Assembly: GCA_963752475.1 (NCBI GenBank)
Contig: CAVVYR010000014.1
Location: 98,721 to 162,720 of the forward strand
Direction: 5' to 3'
Length of the DNA: 64,000 nucleotides
Origin: an uncultured Chloroflexia bacterium
GTDB taxonomy: Bacteria > Chloroflexota > Limnocylindria > Limnocylindrales > CSP1-4
Shown here: piece after piece, positions 49,822-59,699 of the stretch
Position numbering within the stretch: the first letter of the stretch is position 1
How the letters are laid out: each line of letters starts with the position of its first letter
Program-made: the position numbers and the translations under genes
The notes under the pieces: generated by a model
Database searches by the model: none
The model's input: the letters and a program-made list of their open reading frames with translations, nothing else
What the model was told of the DNA's origin: nothing

Positions 49822-50166
49822 CTACTCGGTCTCGCTACCCGCGGTCGAGGATGCCGGGCCGCCAGACTCGCTCTTGGTGCTCGAAGGCTTCTCAGTGGTG
49901 CTCTTGTCGGCGCTTGACGATTTGGTCTCACCGTCCGACTTCGTGGCCTCTGCCGAAGTCGTGCCCTTGGGCTTGGCCTTCGTGGCGGCGGTCGCGGCGT
50001 CCTTCTTGGCCCAGCCGCTGCCCTTGAAGTGGATGGTCGGCGGCGAGAGCGCCTTCCTCATGGCACCACCGCAGGTCTGGCAACGCTCCGGCCCGCTGTC
50101 GTGGATGCCATGCATGACCTCCACCTCGCGGTCGCACTCGGTGCAGCGATAGTCGTACAGCGGCAT
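49822..50166 (-). CDS. FmdB-family zinc-ribbon protein
   Basis: MPLYDYRC..C, C..CGG, 'I.FKGSGW' and low-complexity S/K/T tail. Confidence 0.92.
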   Translation of the reverse strand: MPLYDYRCTECDREVEVMHGIHDSGPERCQTCGGAMRKALSPPTIHFKGSGWAKKDAATAATKAKPKGTTSAEATKSDGETKSSSADKSTTEKPSSTKSESGGPASSTAGSETE

Positions 50167-50169
50167 CGG

Positions 50170-50922
50170 CTAGCCCCGCAACAGGCGCATGCCGCACTTG
50201 GGGCAGAAGAACGCGCTCTTGCCGACCTGTGCGAATTGACAGTGTGGACAGACCAGGCCGGCACCGGAATCGGGCGGCAGTGGACGATCGAGCTCGACGA
50301 CCTCGGCTGCGCCACGCGTGCCCACGATGGCCACGAGCAGGCCGCTCAGCAACCTCGTCGCGTTGCGTTCGGTATCGCCGCGTACACCCTTGCCACCCCA
50401 GCCCACGATGCCACGCACCATCTGGTCGCCGGTGACCTCGTCCCAGTAGGACGCGACGGCACCGATGATGCCGGTGTAGTCGGGGTAGCCGCCCGAGTCG
50501 AGTGAGCCCTCGAACAGGCAGATGGCGATCGACTCGAAGGCCGGGTCGACCGCGTCGAGCGTCTCGAGTACCTGCAGCCCGTAGCGGGTCACCGGCGAAC
50601 GGTGGTGGTGGGCGTTGAGCCACTGCGAAGCCTCGATCGTGCGCATGATCGAGGGGTTGGCCTCAGCGAACTGCGGGTCGAGCGGCTCGATGAGCTCGAT
50701 CGGGGTCGTGTTGAACTGCTCCAACATCAGCGGCAATGCCGCCACCGAGCCCTCGCCCGGGCCGAAACGCACGCCCTTGCTGCTGCGGGCGCGGTAGGTC
50801 AGCTTGACCTCGTAGTCCTCTGCCGGCGGTTCTTCGGTGAGGATGCCGGGGTCGGGCAGGCCCAGCGATCGAGGCTTGGGCTCGGGTTCGCTCTTGTTGC
50901 GTTTGAGGAAGTCGAAGGTCAC
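50170..50922 (-). CDS. hypothetical protein with C-terminal zinc ribbon
   Basis: CPHC...FCPKCG at the C-terminus; coding-like codon use; TACGAT -10 at 50965-50970. Confidence 0.75.
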   Translation of the reverse strand: MTFDFLKRNKSEPEPKPRSLGLPDPGILTEEPPAEDYEVKLTYRARSSKGVRFGPGEGSVAALPLMLEQFNTTPIELIEPLDPQFAEANPSIMRTIEASQWLNAHHHRSPVTRYGLQVLETLDAVDPAFESIAICLFEGSLDSGGYPDYTGIIGAVASYWDEVTGDQMVRGIVGWGGKGVRGDTERNATRLLSGLLVAIVGTRGAAEVVELDRPLPPDSGAGLVCPHCQFAQVGKSAFFCPKCGMRLLRG

Positions 50923-51034
50923 AGGCAGGTCCCTTGCTCATCGGGGGAGACGAACATCCCGACAATCGTAGCTGGTCCACGAGACGTCAGAGCCCAGTAC
51001 CATCCTCCCGCCGGGGGTCCGAGCGTCGACGTCT

Positions 51035-53764
51035 CTATGCGCCAAGGTTGCCGCGGAGGCGCTCTGCCAGCTCGGCCAACTCGACCTCCCTGGCCCGCAC
51101 GCCCTCGACCACGTTCGCGGGCGCCTTGCTCACGAAGTCCTCGTTGGCCAGCTTGGCTCGCGTGGACGCCAGCAGCTTCTCCGCCTCAGCCAGCTCCTTT
51201 TCGAGGCGGGCGCGATCACGCTCACGGTCCTCGGCGCTGACAGAGAGTCGCGCTTCTGCGCCCGCGCTGACCACGATGAGAGCGGACTCATCCGCGGCGG
51301 CAGCACCCGAAGCTGCGACCGTAGGCCGCACGCGGGCCAGCTTGGCTACGACGTCAGCGATGGCCTCGAAGGCCTCGGCCCGGTCGTTCTGCTCGAAACG
51401 CAGCTCGGCGTCCAGCCAGGTGACGGGCTCGATGCCGGCGTCGGCACGCGCGTTTCGCATCTGTGAGACGAGCTCGAGGATATCGGCCACGGCTGCGGCC
51501 TGGTCCTCGTCCGCTTCGGACTTCAGGTTGGCGTCCACCGGCCAGTAGGCGGTGATGAGCATGTCGCCATCGTCGGGGCGGTGCGGCAGACGACCCCAGA
51601 CCTCCTCGGTGATGTGCGGCATCACCGGGTGCAGCATGCGCAGGTAGCGATCGAGGACCCAGGCCAGCACCTGCCAGGTCGCGGCACGCGCTCCTGGATC
51701 CGCATCGGGACCCAAGCGTACCTTGGCCATCTCCAGGTACCAATCGCAGTACTCCGACCAGACGGCGCTGTGCAGGATGCGTGTGGCCTCGGCGAACTGA
51801 TAGCTGGCGTAGGCCTCGTCGGCATCGCGCAAGGCCACGTAGCAGCGGGAAAGGATCCAATGCTCAGCTGGGCCCAGCTTCTCGCTTTCGGGCAATGAGA
51901 GGGCGATATCGTCGGGCAGATCGTCGGGTCGGGCGCCCAGCACGAAGCGCGCAGCGTTCCAGATCTTGTTGGCGAAGTTGCGTGCACCTTCGAGACGGGA
52001 GGGCGTCAGTCGCAGATCGGCACCAGGCGCGGATCCGTTCACGAGCGCGAAGCGCAAGGCGTCGGCACCGATCTCGTCCATGACTTCGAGCGGGTCGATG
52101 ACGTTGCCTTTGGTCTTGGACATCTTCTTGCCATACGGGTCGCGGATGAGGCCCGAGAGGTAGACGACCTCGAAGGGCTCCTCGTTCATCAGCCACTCGC
52201 CGAACATCATCATGCGCGCGACCCAGAAGAAGATGATGTCATGGGCGGTCTCCATGACCTGCGTCGGATAGTACGTGCGCAGGTCCAGCGTCTTCTCGGG
52301 CCAGCCCAGCGTGCTGAACGGCCACAACCCGCTGCTGAACCAGGTATCGAAGGTGTCGTCGTCCTGTCTCAGCTCGTATGAGCGACACTCGATGCAGCGA
52401 CCTGGTCCGGTCTCCACATCGGACACGGTTACGTGGCCCTCCTCGCAGTACCAGGCCGGGATGCGATGGCCCCACCACAGCTGGCGGCTGACGTTCCAGT
52501 CGTAGATGTTCTCCATCCAGTCGAAGAAGACCTTCTCGAAACGCTCGGGCACGAAACGGGTGCGCTTCTCGCGCACGGCGTTCATGGCCTTCTCGGCCAT
52601 GGGCTTGACATCGATGAACCACTGGGTCTTGAGGCGCGGCTCCACGATGTCGTCGCTACGCTGACAACGGCCGATGGCCATCTCGTGGTCCTTGACCTCG
52701 ACGAGGTCGCCGGCAGCCTCGAGGTCCTCGAGGATACGCACGCGGCACTCCTCACGGCTGAGGCCCTCGTACGGACCGGCGGCGGCGTTCATGCGTGCCT
52801 CGTCGGTCATGATGTCGATGCGCGGCAGGTCGTGGCGGACCCCGGTCTCGAAGTCGGTGTGGTCGTGCGCGGGCGTCACCTTCACGGCTCCGGTTCCGAA
52901 CTCACGCTCCACGAACTCGTCGGCGATGATGGGCACGTCCCGATCCACGAACGGGATGCGCACGAGGCGCCCGACGACGGCGCTGTAGCGCTCGTCCTCG
53001 GGATGCACGGCCACAGCGGTGTCGCCGAGGATCGTCTCGGGCCGCGTGGTGGCCACGGTGATGGTCTCGCCGGCGCTGGGATCGACGCCCGGCTCCGCGC
53101 CCTCCGGCAGGAGGTGGTACGCGACCGACCAGATCCTGCCGTCCTCAGGCGTGCCGATGACCTCCAGGTCGGACACGCTGGTGCCGCATCCCGGGCACCA
53201 GTTGACGAGCTTCTGGCCGCGGTACGCCAGCCCATCCTCGTAGAGCCGCTTGAAGGCGACGCGCACGGCATGGGCCGAGCCCTCGTCCATGGTGAAGCGC
53301 TCGCGGCTCCAGTCGGCGGAGATACCCAGGCGACGCTGTTGCCCCATGATCACCGGGCGCGTCTCCTCCATGAACTCCCACATGCGATCGAGGAACCTCT
53401 CGCGTCCGAGCTCCTCGGGCGTGGTGCCTTCATCTGCCAGGATGCGGCGAAGCACCCATTGAGCGGCGATCGACGCGTGGTCCACACCAGGCAGCCACAG
53501 CGCTGGGCGATGCTGCATGCGCGCGCGCCGGATCATCAGATCCTCGGTCGAGGATCGTGCCGCGTGGCCCAGGTGCAGGGCGCCGGTGACGTTCGGCGGG
53601 GGCATGATGATGGTGAAAGGCTTGGTCGTGGCCTTGGCGCGCGAGCCAGCGCCATCGGGTGCGAACACGTCGGCCTCGAGCCAGCTCTCGTAGACGGCCG
53701 GCTCGACCTCGGCGGGCTGGTATGCCTTCGCCATCGGTGCCGTGCCGTTCCGGGCTTCGCTCAT
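51035..53764 (-). CDS. valS: valine--tRNA ligase
   Basis: PPPNVTGALHLGH, ATTRPET.LGD, GTGAVKVTPAHD, SRQLWWGH.IP, DTWFSS.LWP, KMSKT, C-terminal coiled coil; start at 53764 after SD GGGGAG. Confidence 0.98.
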   Translation of the reverse strand: MSEARNGTAPMAKAYQPAEVEPAVYESWLEADVFAPDGAGSRAKATTKPFTIIMPPPNVTGALHLGHAARSSTEDLMIRRARMQHRPALWLPGVDHASIAAQWVLRRILADEGTTPEELGRERFLDRMWEFMEETRPVIMGQQRRLGISADWSRERFTMDEGSAHAVRVAFKRLYEDGLAYRGQKLVNWCPGCGTSVSDLEVIGTPEDGRIWSVAYHLLPEGAEPGVDPSAGETITVATTRPETILGDTAVAVHPEDERYSAVVGRLVRIPFVDRDVPIIADEFVEREFGTGAVKVTPAHDHTDFETGVRHDLPRIDIMTDEARMNAAAGPYEGLSREECRVRILEDLEAAGDLVEVKDHEMAIGRCQRSDDIVEPRLKTQWFIDVKPMAEKAMNAVREKRTRFVPERFEKVFFDWMENIYDWNVSRQLWWGHRIPAWYCEEGHVTVSDVETGPGRCIECRSYELRQDDDTFDTWFSSGLWPFSTLGWPEKTLDLRTYYPTQVMETAHDIIFFWVARMMMFGEWLMNEEPFEVVYLSGLIRDPYGKKMSKTKGNVIDPLEVMDEIGADALRFALVNGSAPGADLRLTPSRLEGARNFANKIWNAARFVLGARPDDLPDDIALSLPESEKLGPAEHWILSRCYVALRDADEAYASYQFAEATRILHSAVWSEYCDWYLEMAKVRLGPDADPGARAATWQVLAWVLDRYLRMLHPVMPHITEEVWGRLPHRPDDGDMLITAYWPVDANLKSEADEDQAAAVADILELVSQMRNARADAGIEPVTWLDAELRFEQNDRAEAFEAIADVVAKLARVRPTVAASGAAAADESALIVVSAGAEARLSVSAEDRERDRARLEKELAEAEKLLASTRAKLANEDFVSKAPANVVEGVRAREVELAELAERLRGNLGA

Positions 53765-53786
53765 GCCGTGTCTACTCCCCTGTCTC

Positions 53787-53883
53787 ACACGCACGACCTC
53801 GCTCGCCCTCTCGACGAACGAGGCCCGGGTCGCGTGTCTTCTCGTGCCACATGCAGCGGCTCACACCGCGACTTCGGAGTCTA
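53787..53883 (-). promoter_or_regulatory. valS promoter and structured 5' leader
   Basis: TAGACT -10 (53878-53883); GNRA-capped hairpin GCGGT-GTGA-GCCGC; long hairpin 53787-53837. Confidence 0.45.
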
Positions 53884-54064
53884 GCGCACGGCTCGGGTGG
53901 ACCAGCGCTGAACGGAGTGCACGCGAGCGCGTGGAGGTCAACGATCCAAGGACGTGGCGCTGTGGCCCGACTGCACCGGCACGCAGCTGCCGTAGGTCTC
54001 GATGAAGTCCGCTCGGTCGGGCTTGCGGCTTCGCCATCCAAACGGCGTTGGTTCAGCTGCCTGA

Positions 54065-55420
54065 CTAGCGGCTCCAGCGTCGGATGAGGTCTCGATACCA
54101 GTAGGCGCTGGCCTTGGGGATACGCTGTTGTGAGCGGTAGTCGACGTAGACGAGGCCGAAGCGACTCCGGTAGCCCTCACCCCACTCGAAGTTATCGAGC
54201 AGCGACCAAGCGAAGTAGCCGCGGATGTCGATGCCGTCGCCGATGGCCTGCGCCACTGCGCCCAGGTACCCGCGCAGGTACTCGATGCGCTCCTCGTCAC
54301 GGACCTGCCCAGTGGGGTCGACGTAGTCGACGTAGGACGCGCCGTTCTCCGTGATGTACAGCGGGATCGCGGGGTAATCGTCGTGGACGAGTCGGAGCAC
54401 GCCGTATAGCGCTTCGGGCGTGACCGACCAGCCCAGCGACGTCGTCGCGGGCTCAGCAGAGACGCCGCGAGCACCGAGGTGCGGCTCGGTCTCGTCGGCC
54501 TCGATGATCATATGGTGGTAGTGGTTCACCGCGAGGAAGTCGAGTGCGGCGCCGATGATGGCCTCGTCGTCGGCCCGTATCACCGCCTCCAGGCCGCGCG
54601 TCCCGTAGAGATCAGTGACGGCGTGCGAATACCCACCGCCCAACACGGGGTCGAGGAAGAACCGGTTGTTGTTCGCGTCGACCCGTGCGGCTGCCGCGCG
54701 ATCCGCCAGCGTATCCGTCGCGGCCCTGATGTGCGTAAGGATGTCGGCGACGCCGAGACGCATCCCAGGGCGCGCAGCCCTGATGGCACCTACCGCGAGG
54801 CCGTGCGCGAGGTTCAGGTGATGGGCTGCCGCGACCGCATCAGCCAGGTCCCTGCGGCCAGGAGCGTGGATGCCGCTGTGATAGCCCAGGAACGCTTGGC
54901 ACCAGGGTTCGTTGAGCGTGATCCAGTCGCTCGCGAGGTCGCCGAGCACGTCGACGGTGGTGGCGGCGAAGTCGGCGAAGCGCGCCGCGGTGTCACGCGC
55001 AGGCCAGCCACCTGCGTCCTCCAGCTCCTGCGGCAGTTCCCAGTGGTAGAGCGTCACTAACGGGCGGATCCCACGCGTTTGCAGACGCTCCAACAGCGCG
55101 CGGTAGAAGTCCACGCCACGTGGATTCAGCAGGCCGCTCCCACCTGGCTGGAGGCGTGGCCAGGAGATCGAGAAGCGGTAGGCGTTGAGGCCGAGATCGG
55201 CCATCAGCTCGACATCGTCCTCCCATCGGTGGTAGTGGTCGCAGGCGATGTCGCCGGTGTCACCGTGGTGGGTCTTGCCGGGTGTGTGGGCGAACGCATC
55301 CCAGATGGATGCGGTGCGACCGTCCTCGCCCGCTGCACCATCGATCTGGTAGGCCGATGTCGCCGCACCCCAGAGGAAGTTCGCAGGGAACGGGGTCGCG
55401 TCGAGGTCCTGCGCGGTCAT
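54065..55420 (-). CDS. GH1 beta-glucosidase
   Basis: FLWGAATSAYQI, DHYHRW, YRFSISW.R, TLNEP (acid/base), ITENG (nucleophile), WSLLDNFEW..G. Confidence 0.96.
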   Translation of the reverse strand: MTAQDLDATPFPANFLWGAATSAYQIDGAAGEDGRTASIWDAFAHTPGKTHHGDTGDIACDHYHRWEDDVELMADLGLNAYRFSISWPRLQPGGSGLLNPRGVDFYRALLERLQTRGIRPLVTLYHWELPQELEDAGGWPARDTAARFADFAATTVDVLGDLASDWITLNEPWCQAFLGYHSGIHAPGRRDLADAVAAAHHLNLAHGLAVGAIRAARPGMRLGVADILTHIRAATDTLADRAAAARVDANNNRFFLDPVLGGGYSHAVTDLYGTRGLEAVIRADDEAIIGAALDFLAVNHYHHMIIEADETEPHLGARGVSAEPATTSLGWSVTPEALYGVLRLVHDDYPAIPLYITENGASYVDYVDPTGQVRDEERIEYLRGYLGAVAQAIGDGIDIRGYFAWSLLDNFEWGEGYRSRFGLVYVDYRSQQRIPKASAYWYRDLIRRWSR

Positions 55421-58400
55421 GCGAGCAGCGAACCGGCCGGCACCGTCACGGTCACTCGGCGGTAGGTGCCCCGTCTTTCGAAGAAGGCCGCACTCTGCGA
55501 GCGGTCGAGCTGGTCGCCTTCGACGTCCTCGAGGCGCCCGTCGGCATGTTCGAGCTCGATCGACGCCGCTTGCCCCATGCGGTACACGACTGGCACTTGG
55601 CAGTAGGAAAAGGCGAGGCTGCCAGGATCGAGATCGAGCGACACGGCCTCGCCACCGGCGGTCTCGAATCGCGCGCTTTCGGGCTCGTCGAGCAGCTCGC
55701 TCTGCGGTACGAGTCGTGGGCGGAACCGCACCCGACCATCGTCGACCTCGACCCCGAGCTCACCGAAGCGCGTGATCACCTGCTCCTTGACCTGGCCGGT
55801 CATGCCGGGCTGCTGGGCACCGAGATGGAGCGGCGTATGCGAATAGGGGTCGGTGGGGAACGCGCCCTGCACGGCGGGAGTCTTGCGGAAGCCCAACCCA
55901 TCGCGGACGTCATGGTAGATCGCTGCCAGCTCAGCCCTTGCGAGTGGGTCGGTGGAGCGGCCGAAGGACCACTGCACCGACACGGCCAGCTTGGCCACCA
56001 TGTGCCAGTAGATGCTGCCAAGCCCCTCGAACATGAAGAAACGATCGCTACGACCGGTGAACTCATGGTGGGCGAACGTCGCACGCCAGAGCGCGCGCAC
56101 CGAGTCCCGCGTCGCCGGTGACGCCGCGAGGGCATCGAGTCGGTCATCGACATCAGCCAACGTGCTCAGGTCGGCCTGGAAGTGCCAGGCACCCTCCCGA
56201 TCGACGCTGAAGAGCGTGGCGTCCTCGATCGGCGGCGGGCCCGGAAGCGTGTTGCGCTCGAGGAACGGCACCGACGTGCGGTCGGGGTAGAGCAGGTAGC
56301 TGTGCTGGTCAGGTCGGTAGAGCCGGCTCTCGCGCAGGGCGCGCAGCAGCTCGATGCACTCGCGATCGCTGAGGAGTCCGGAGTCGAGAACCGCCACCTG
56401 TCCCTCGAGCATGGGGCCAAGGTGGCTGATGCGTGCCTCCGAGCCCTCGATGCTGAGGATGTCGTAGCTGTGAAACAGACCGTCATCCCTGCGGCTGGCC
56501 AGGATGGTGGCTTCGGCCACCCGAACGGTCTCCTCGAGCAGCGTGCGGATGGCCGCTGACGGAACCGCGACCGCCTGGCCGAAGGCCCTCGCGTAGACGG
56601 CCTCACGATGCGTCTCCCCGGCTCGGCCGAGTCGTTCCATGACCGCGAAGCGCTCGGCGTCGTCGAGGTTCGGATCGACGGCCGCGAGGACTTCGGTGAC
56701 GTCCTCGAGCAGGCGCTGCACCGAGGCCGACAGCTCGACCTCGTCGTCCGACGCGAAGGTCTCGAGCAGGAACCGCGCATGGCGCGCGATGGCGTTGAGC
56801 GTCACGAGCGACACACCCCAGCCGGCGAGCGCGTTGTTGGCGTCGTTCCACTCCGGACGCTGGGTGTCGAGCCAGATGCCGCTTCCGGGCACCAGGTTGG
56901 TGAGCTTCACCAACAGCGGCACCAGCAGCTTCTCAGCCAGGGTTACGAGCCGCACCCCGCCAGCGTCCTGGACCAGCCGCCCATCGGCCCCGATGCGCTC
57001 GGAAGCCTGCAGGAGCGCATCGTGTCGGTCCTTCTCGAAGGTGATGGTGTCGCGGGGGTCGGCCACGATGCCCTCGAAGCCGTCGATGCGATAGGGCACG
57101 TCGGCGTACGAGTAGATCCGCTCGTTCAGTCCCGCACGCAAGGCTCCGGGCTCGTGACGCTCGTAGGCCTCGAGCAGCCGCAGCAGGTAGATGATCTGGT
57201 GATCGCCCCAGTAGCCGATGTGGCTCCAGGGGTCGTCGACATCCTCGACCTCCCAGTCGATGCCCTGCCGGGTGACGCGGTAGGGGTTGTAGCCGTCAGC
57301 GGTGGAGGCGTTGAGGAAGACCGAGATGAACTGCGGGAGATAGCCCGGGTAGCTGATGCCAAGGGCTTCCCAGTTCTGGAAGATGTCTCGCCAGTTGCCC
57401 TCGTAGCCGTAGACCAGCTCATCTCCGTCGTGGACGCGGATGGTGTACCAATTCCAGGGCCGGCTCGGATCGCCATGGCGGCGGCTGAAGACGAGCGGGA
57501 GATAGGCGCGGAGCAGCCGCAGCAACTGGGGGTCGCCCTGGTCGCGCGCGGCCTCGATGAGGTCGCTCAGCCGCATCCACTCGGGCAACTCCAAGAGCCA
57601 CGAACGGTACTGTGCTGCGACATCGCGGTTCTGGTCGGTGAGGTATGCGATCACGTCCTGGCGCGGGACGTCATAGCCGTTCTCGAACGTCCCACCACGC
57701 ATGATGTTGAAGAGCACGTTGGCCAGGTGGTTGGCCGTGGCCGCCTCGTCACGGCTCATCTGGGCCGCATCCGCACCCGCCAGGCGCCGCTGCACTCCTG
57801 CGCGGTCGGCGGCAAGCGCCTCCTCAAGGGTGGCACGCAGCTGGTCGTCCGACGCCTCCAGCCGGTGTACCAGCTCGAGCACTTGCGCCTGGTCCAGACC
57901 GGTATCCGCCACCGAGTACCACGTGTGCGCTTCGCCCGGCGAAAGGTCGATCTCGTCGGCCACGAGGTAGGCGCCCGCCAGGCCGCGGATCTCCGCATCG
58001 GCGGTGACACTGCCGCCGCGCCGGAAGGTCTCGCTCTGGGTGTCGCTCAGGAGCACGCGAGGAGCAGCGTGGCCGATGGACCAGGCCGTCGCCGCGCGCA
58101 GTGATTCTGACGGCTCGGGCCGGTCGGTGACGCGCGTGTTGAGCGTGTAGAGCGCGAGGCGCGATCCGTCCAGCCGCTCATGCCGCATGTAGGCCGTGGC
58201 CAGGTAGCTGAGGCGGGCGTAGAGGTCCCGATCGACTCCGGGCGGGATGAGATCGTGCCAGCCGTCGAGGTAGCGGATGCTGACGGCCTCACCGCGAAGA
58301 TCCTCGATGACGCTCCGGCGCACGACTCCGAAGGGCTCACATGCTCCCAGTCTCGAGCGGAATCGCAGGCCCAGGTCCTCGTCGATCTCCTCGAAGATGA

Positions 58401-58803
58401 CGCCGGTGCCGTCGATGCGCTTGTACAGGTTGCGTTGGACGGAGCGGACACCCGGGGTCTCACGCCAGGGCGCCCACACCGTCGTCGAGCCACCGCGTGA
58501 GACGAGGAATACGCTGCGTACGCCGCTGGCGCCCGGGTCCCGCAGGATCTTGTCCGCCGTCTGGCTCGGGAACAGCCCGTGGTCGGGATCGGTGCGACCG
58601 GCGGTGAAGGCCCCGTTGGAGCCGACGAAGAGCCAGACGTCGCTGTCACTGACCACGCTCATCAGGAACGGCGGCATCGAATCGACGTTGCCGAGACGCG
58701 CGTAGCGCTCGCCATCGACGGTCGCGAACCCACCTTCGACCCCCATGTCCTCCGGCCCGAGCAGGGAGCGTGCGGTGGTGACGATGGTGTCGGACGTGCT
58801 CAT
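55417..58803 (-). CDS. probable beta-1,3-glucan phosphorylase (GH149-like), 1128 aa
   Basis: FSRRHGDPSRPWN, YEGNWRDIFQNWEAL, STADGYNPYR, GYWGDHQIIYL, PEWNDANN (GH94-like catalytic Asp motif), EGLGSIYWHM, AFPTDPYSHTP, QPGMTGQVKE, recalled as GH149 motifs; lies between GH16 and GH1. Confidence 0.8.
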   Translation of the reverse strand: MSTSDTIVTTARSLLGPEDMGVEGGFATVDGERYARLGNVDSMPPFLMSVVSDSDVWLFVGSNGAFTAGRTDPDHGLFPSQTADKILRDPGASGVRSVFLVSRGGSTTVWAPWRETPGVRSVQRNLYKRIDGTGVIFEEIDEDLGLRFRSRLGACEPFGVVRRSVIEDLRGEAVSIRYLDGWHDLIPPGVDRDLYARLSYLATAYMRHERLDGSRLALYTLNTRVTDRPEPSESLRAATAWSIGHAAPRVLLSDTQSETFRRGGSVTADAEIRGLAGAYLVADEIDLSPGEAHTWYSVADTGLDQAQVLELVHRLEASDDQLRATLEEALAADRAGVQRRLAGADAAQMSRDEAATANHLANVLFNIMRGGTFENGYDVPRQDVIAYLTDQNRDVAAQYRSWLLELPEWMRLSDLIEAARDQGDPQLLRLLRAYLPLVFSRRHGDPSRPWNWYTIRVHDGDELVYGYEGNWRDIFQNWEALGISYPGYLPQFISVFLNASTADGYNPYRVTRQGIDWEVEDVDDPWSHIGYWGDHQIIYLLRLLEAYERHEPGALRAGLNERIYSYADVPYRIDGFEGIVADPRDTITFEKDRHDALLQASERIGADGRLVQDAGGVRLVTLAEKLLVPLLVKLTNLVPGSGIWLDTQRPEWNDANNALAGWGVSLVTLNAIARHARFLLETFASDDEVELSASVQRLLEDVTEVLAAVDPNLDDAERFAVMERLGRAGETHREAVYARAFGQAVAVPSAAIRTLLEETVRVAEATILASRRDDGLFHSYDILSIEGSEARISHLGPMLEGQVAVLDSGLLSDRECIELLRALRESRLYRPDQHSYLLYPDRTSVPFLERNTLPGPPPIEDATLFSVDREGAWHFQADLSTLADVDDRLDALAASPATRDSVRALWRATFAHHEFTGRSDRFFMFEGLGSIYWHMVAKLAVSVQWSFGRSTDPLARAELAAIYHDVRDGLGFRKTPAVQGAFPTDPYSHTPLHLGAQQPGMTGQVKEQVITRFGELGVEVDDGRVRFRPRLVPQSELLDEPESARFETAGGEAVSLDLDPGSLAFSYCQVPVVYRMGQAASIELEHADGRLEDVEGDQLDRSQSAAFFERRGTYRRVTVTVPAGSLLA

Positions 58804-59699
58804 CGGGTACCTCGCTCGTAGAGCCGGACATAGTCCACGAGCATGCGTGCAGGGAACTCGGTGTCCGGGAACACGGGCCCGCCGAGGTTGCCGCCGACGG
58901 CCACGTTGAGGAGCATGAAGAAGGGCTGCTCGAAGACCCACTCGCTTGGCGCGACGTGTTCGCGCGTCACCTCGTGGTACTGCGTTCCGTCGACGAACCA
59001 GGCCATGCCATCGGGCTCCCATTGGAGGGCCACGGTATGGAAGGCGTCCGCCACGGGCTCGCCTAGGTCCGTGCCACCGCTGATGCCGCCGCTGCCCGAG
59101 TAGCCCGGCCCGTGCAGCGTGCCGAATACCTCATTGGGGCGGCGCCCAACGTGCTCCATCACGTCGATCTCACCCGACTGCGGCCAGCCAGCCTCGTCGA
59201 TGTCGGCGCCCAGGAGCCAGAACGCGGGCCACAGCCCGAAGCCGGCGGGCACCCGCAGACGCGCCTCGAGGTAGCCGTGCTGGAAGTCGAGGCGGTCACG
59301 CGTGAGGAGCCGAGCCGAGGTGTACTCGCAGGGCCCGTAGTAGCAGTCCAGGCTGCCGTCCGACTCGCGGGCCGTGATGACCAGGCGGCCCTCGCCGTCG
59401 AGCGCCACGTTCTCGGGATCGTCGGTGTACCACTCACGCTCGTTGTTGCCCCAGCCATCGAGGCCGACGGCGCTGCCGTCGCCCAGGTCGTAGCCCCACG
59501 TCTCGGGGTCCGGGAGCGTGCCGGCCTCGCCGTCGAACTCATCGCTCCAGGCCAGGGTCCAGCCATCGCCAGGTGGTGCCATCGGCGCAGCCTGCTCCTG
59601 GCTCGAGCTGGGCACCGCGGTGGCCAGGACCAGACTCCCGGCGATCCCCGCCACGCCGACCAGAGTCCTCACGCCGGTCGCGGACCTACGCAGGCCCAT
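58800..59699 (-). CDS. GH16 endo-beta-1,3-glucanase (laminarinase-like), secreted
   Basis: Signal peptide, WSDEF, GWGNNE, YTSARL, WPAFW, EIDVME catalytic motif, LLNVAVGG. Confidence 0.93.
   Translation of the reverse strand: MGLRRSATGVRTLVGVAGIAGSLVLATAVPSSSQEQAAPMAPPGDGWTLAWSDEFDGEAGTLPDPETWGYDLGDGSAVGLDGWGNNEREWYTDDPENVALDGEGRLVITARESDGSLDCYYGPCEYTSARLLTRDRLDFQHGYLEARLRVPAGFGLWPAFWLLGADIDEAGWPQSGEIDVMEHVGRRPNEVFGTLHGPGYSGSGGISGGTDLGEPVADAFHTVALQWEPDGMAWFVDGTQYHEVTREHVAPSEWVFEQPFFMLLNVAVGGNLGGPVFPDTEFPARMLVDYVRLYERGTR

Noticed and set aside
53765-54064. Canonical T-box riboswitch upstream of valS
   Set aside because: No GGTGGNACC antiterminator or recognisable specifier stem; kept only as a structured-leader finding.
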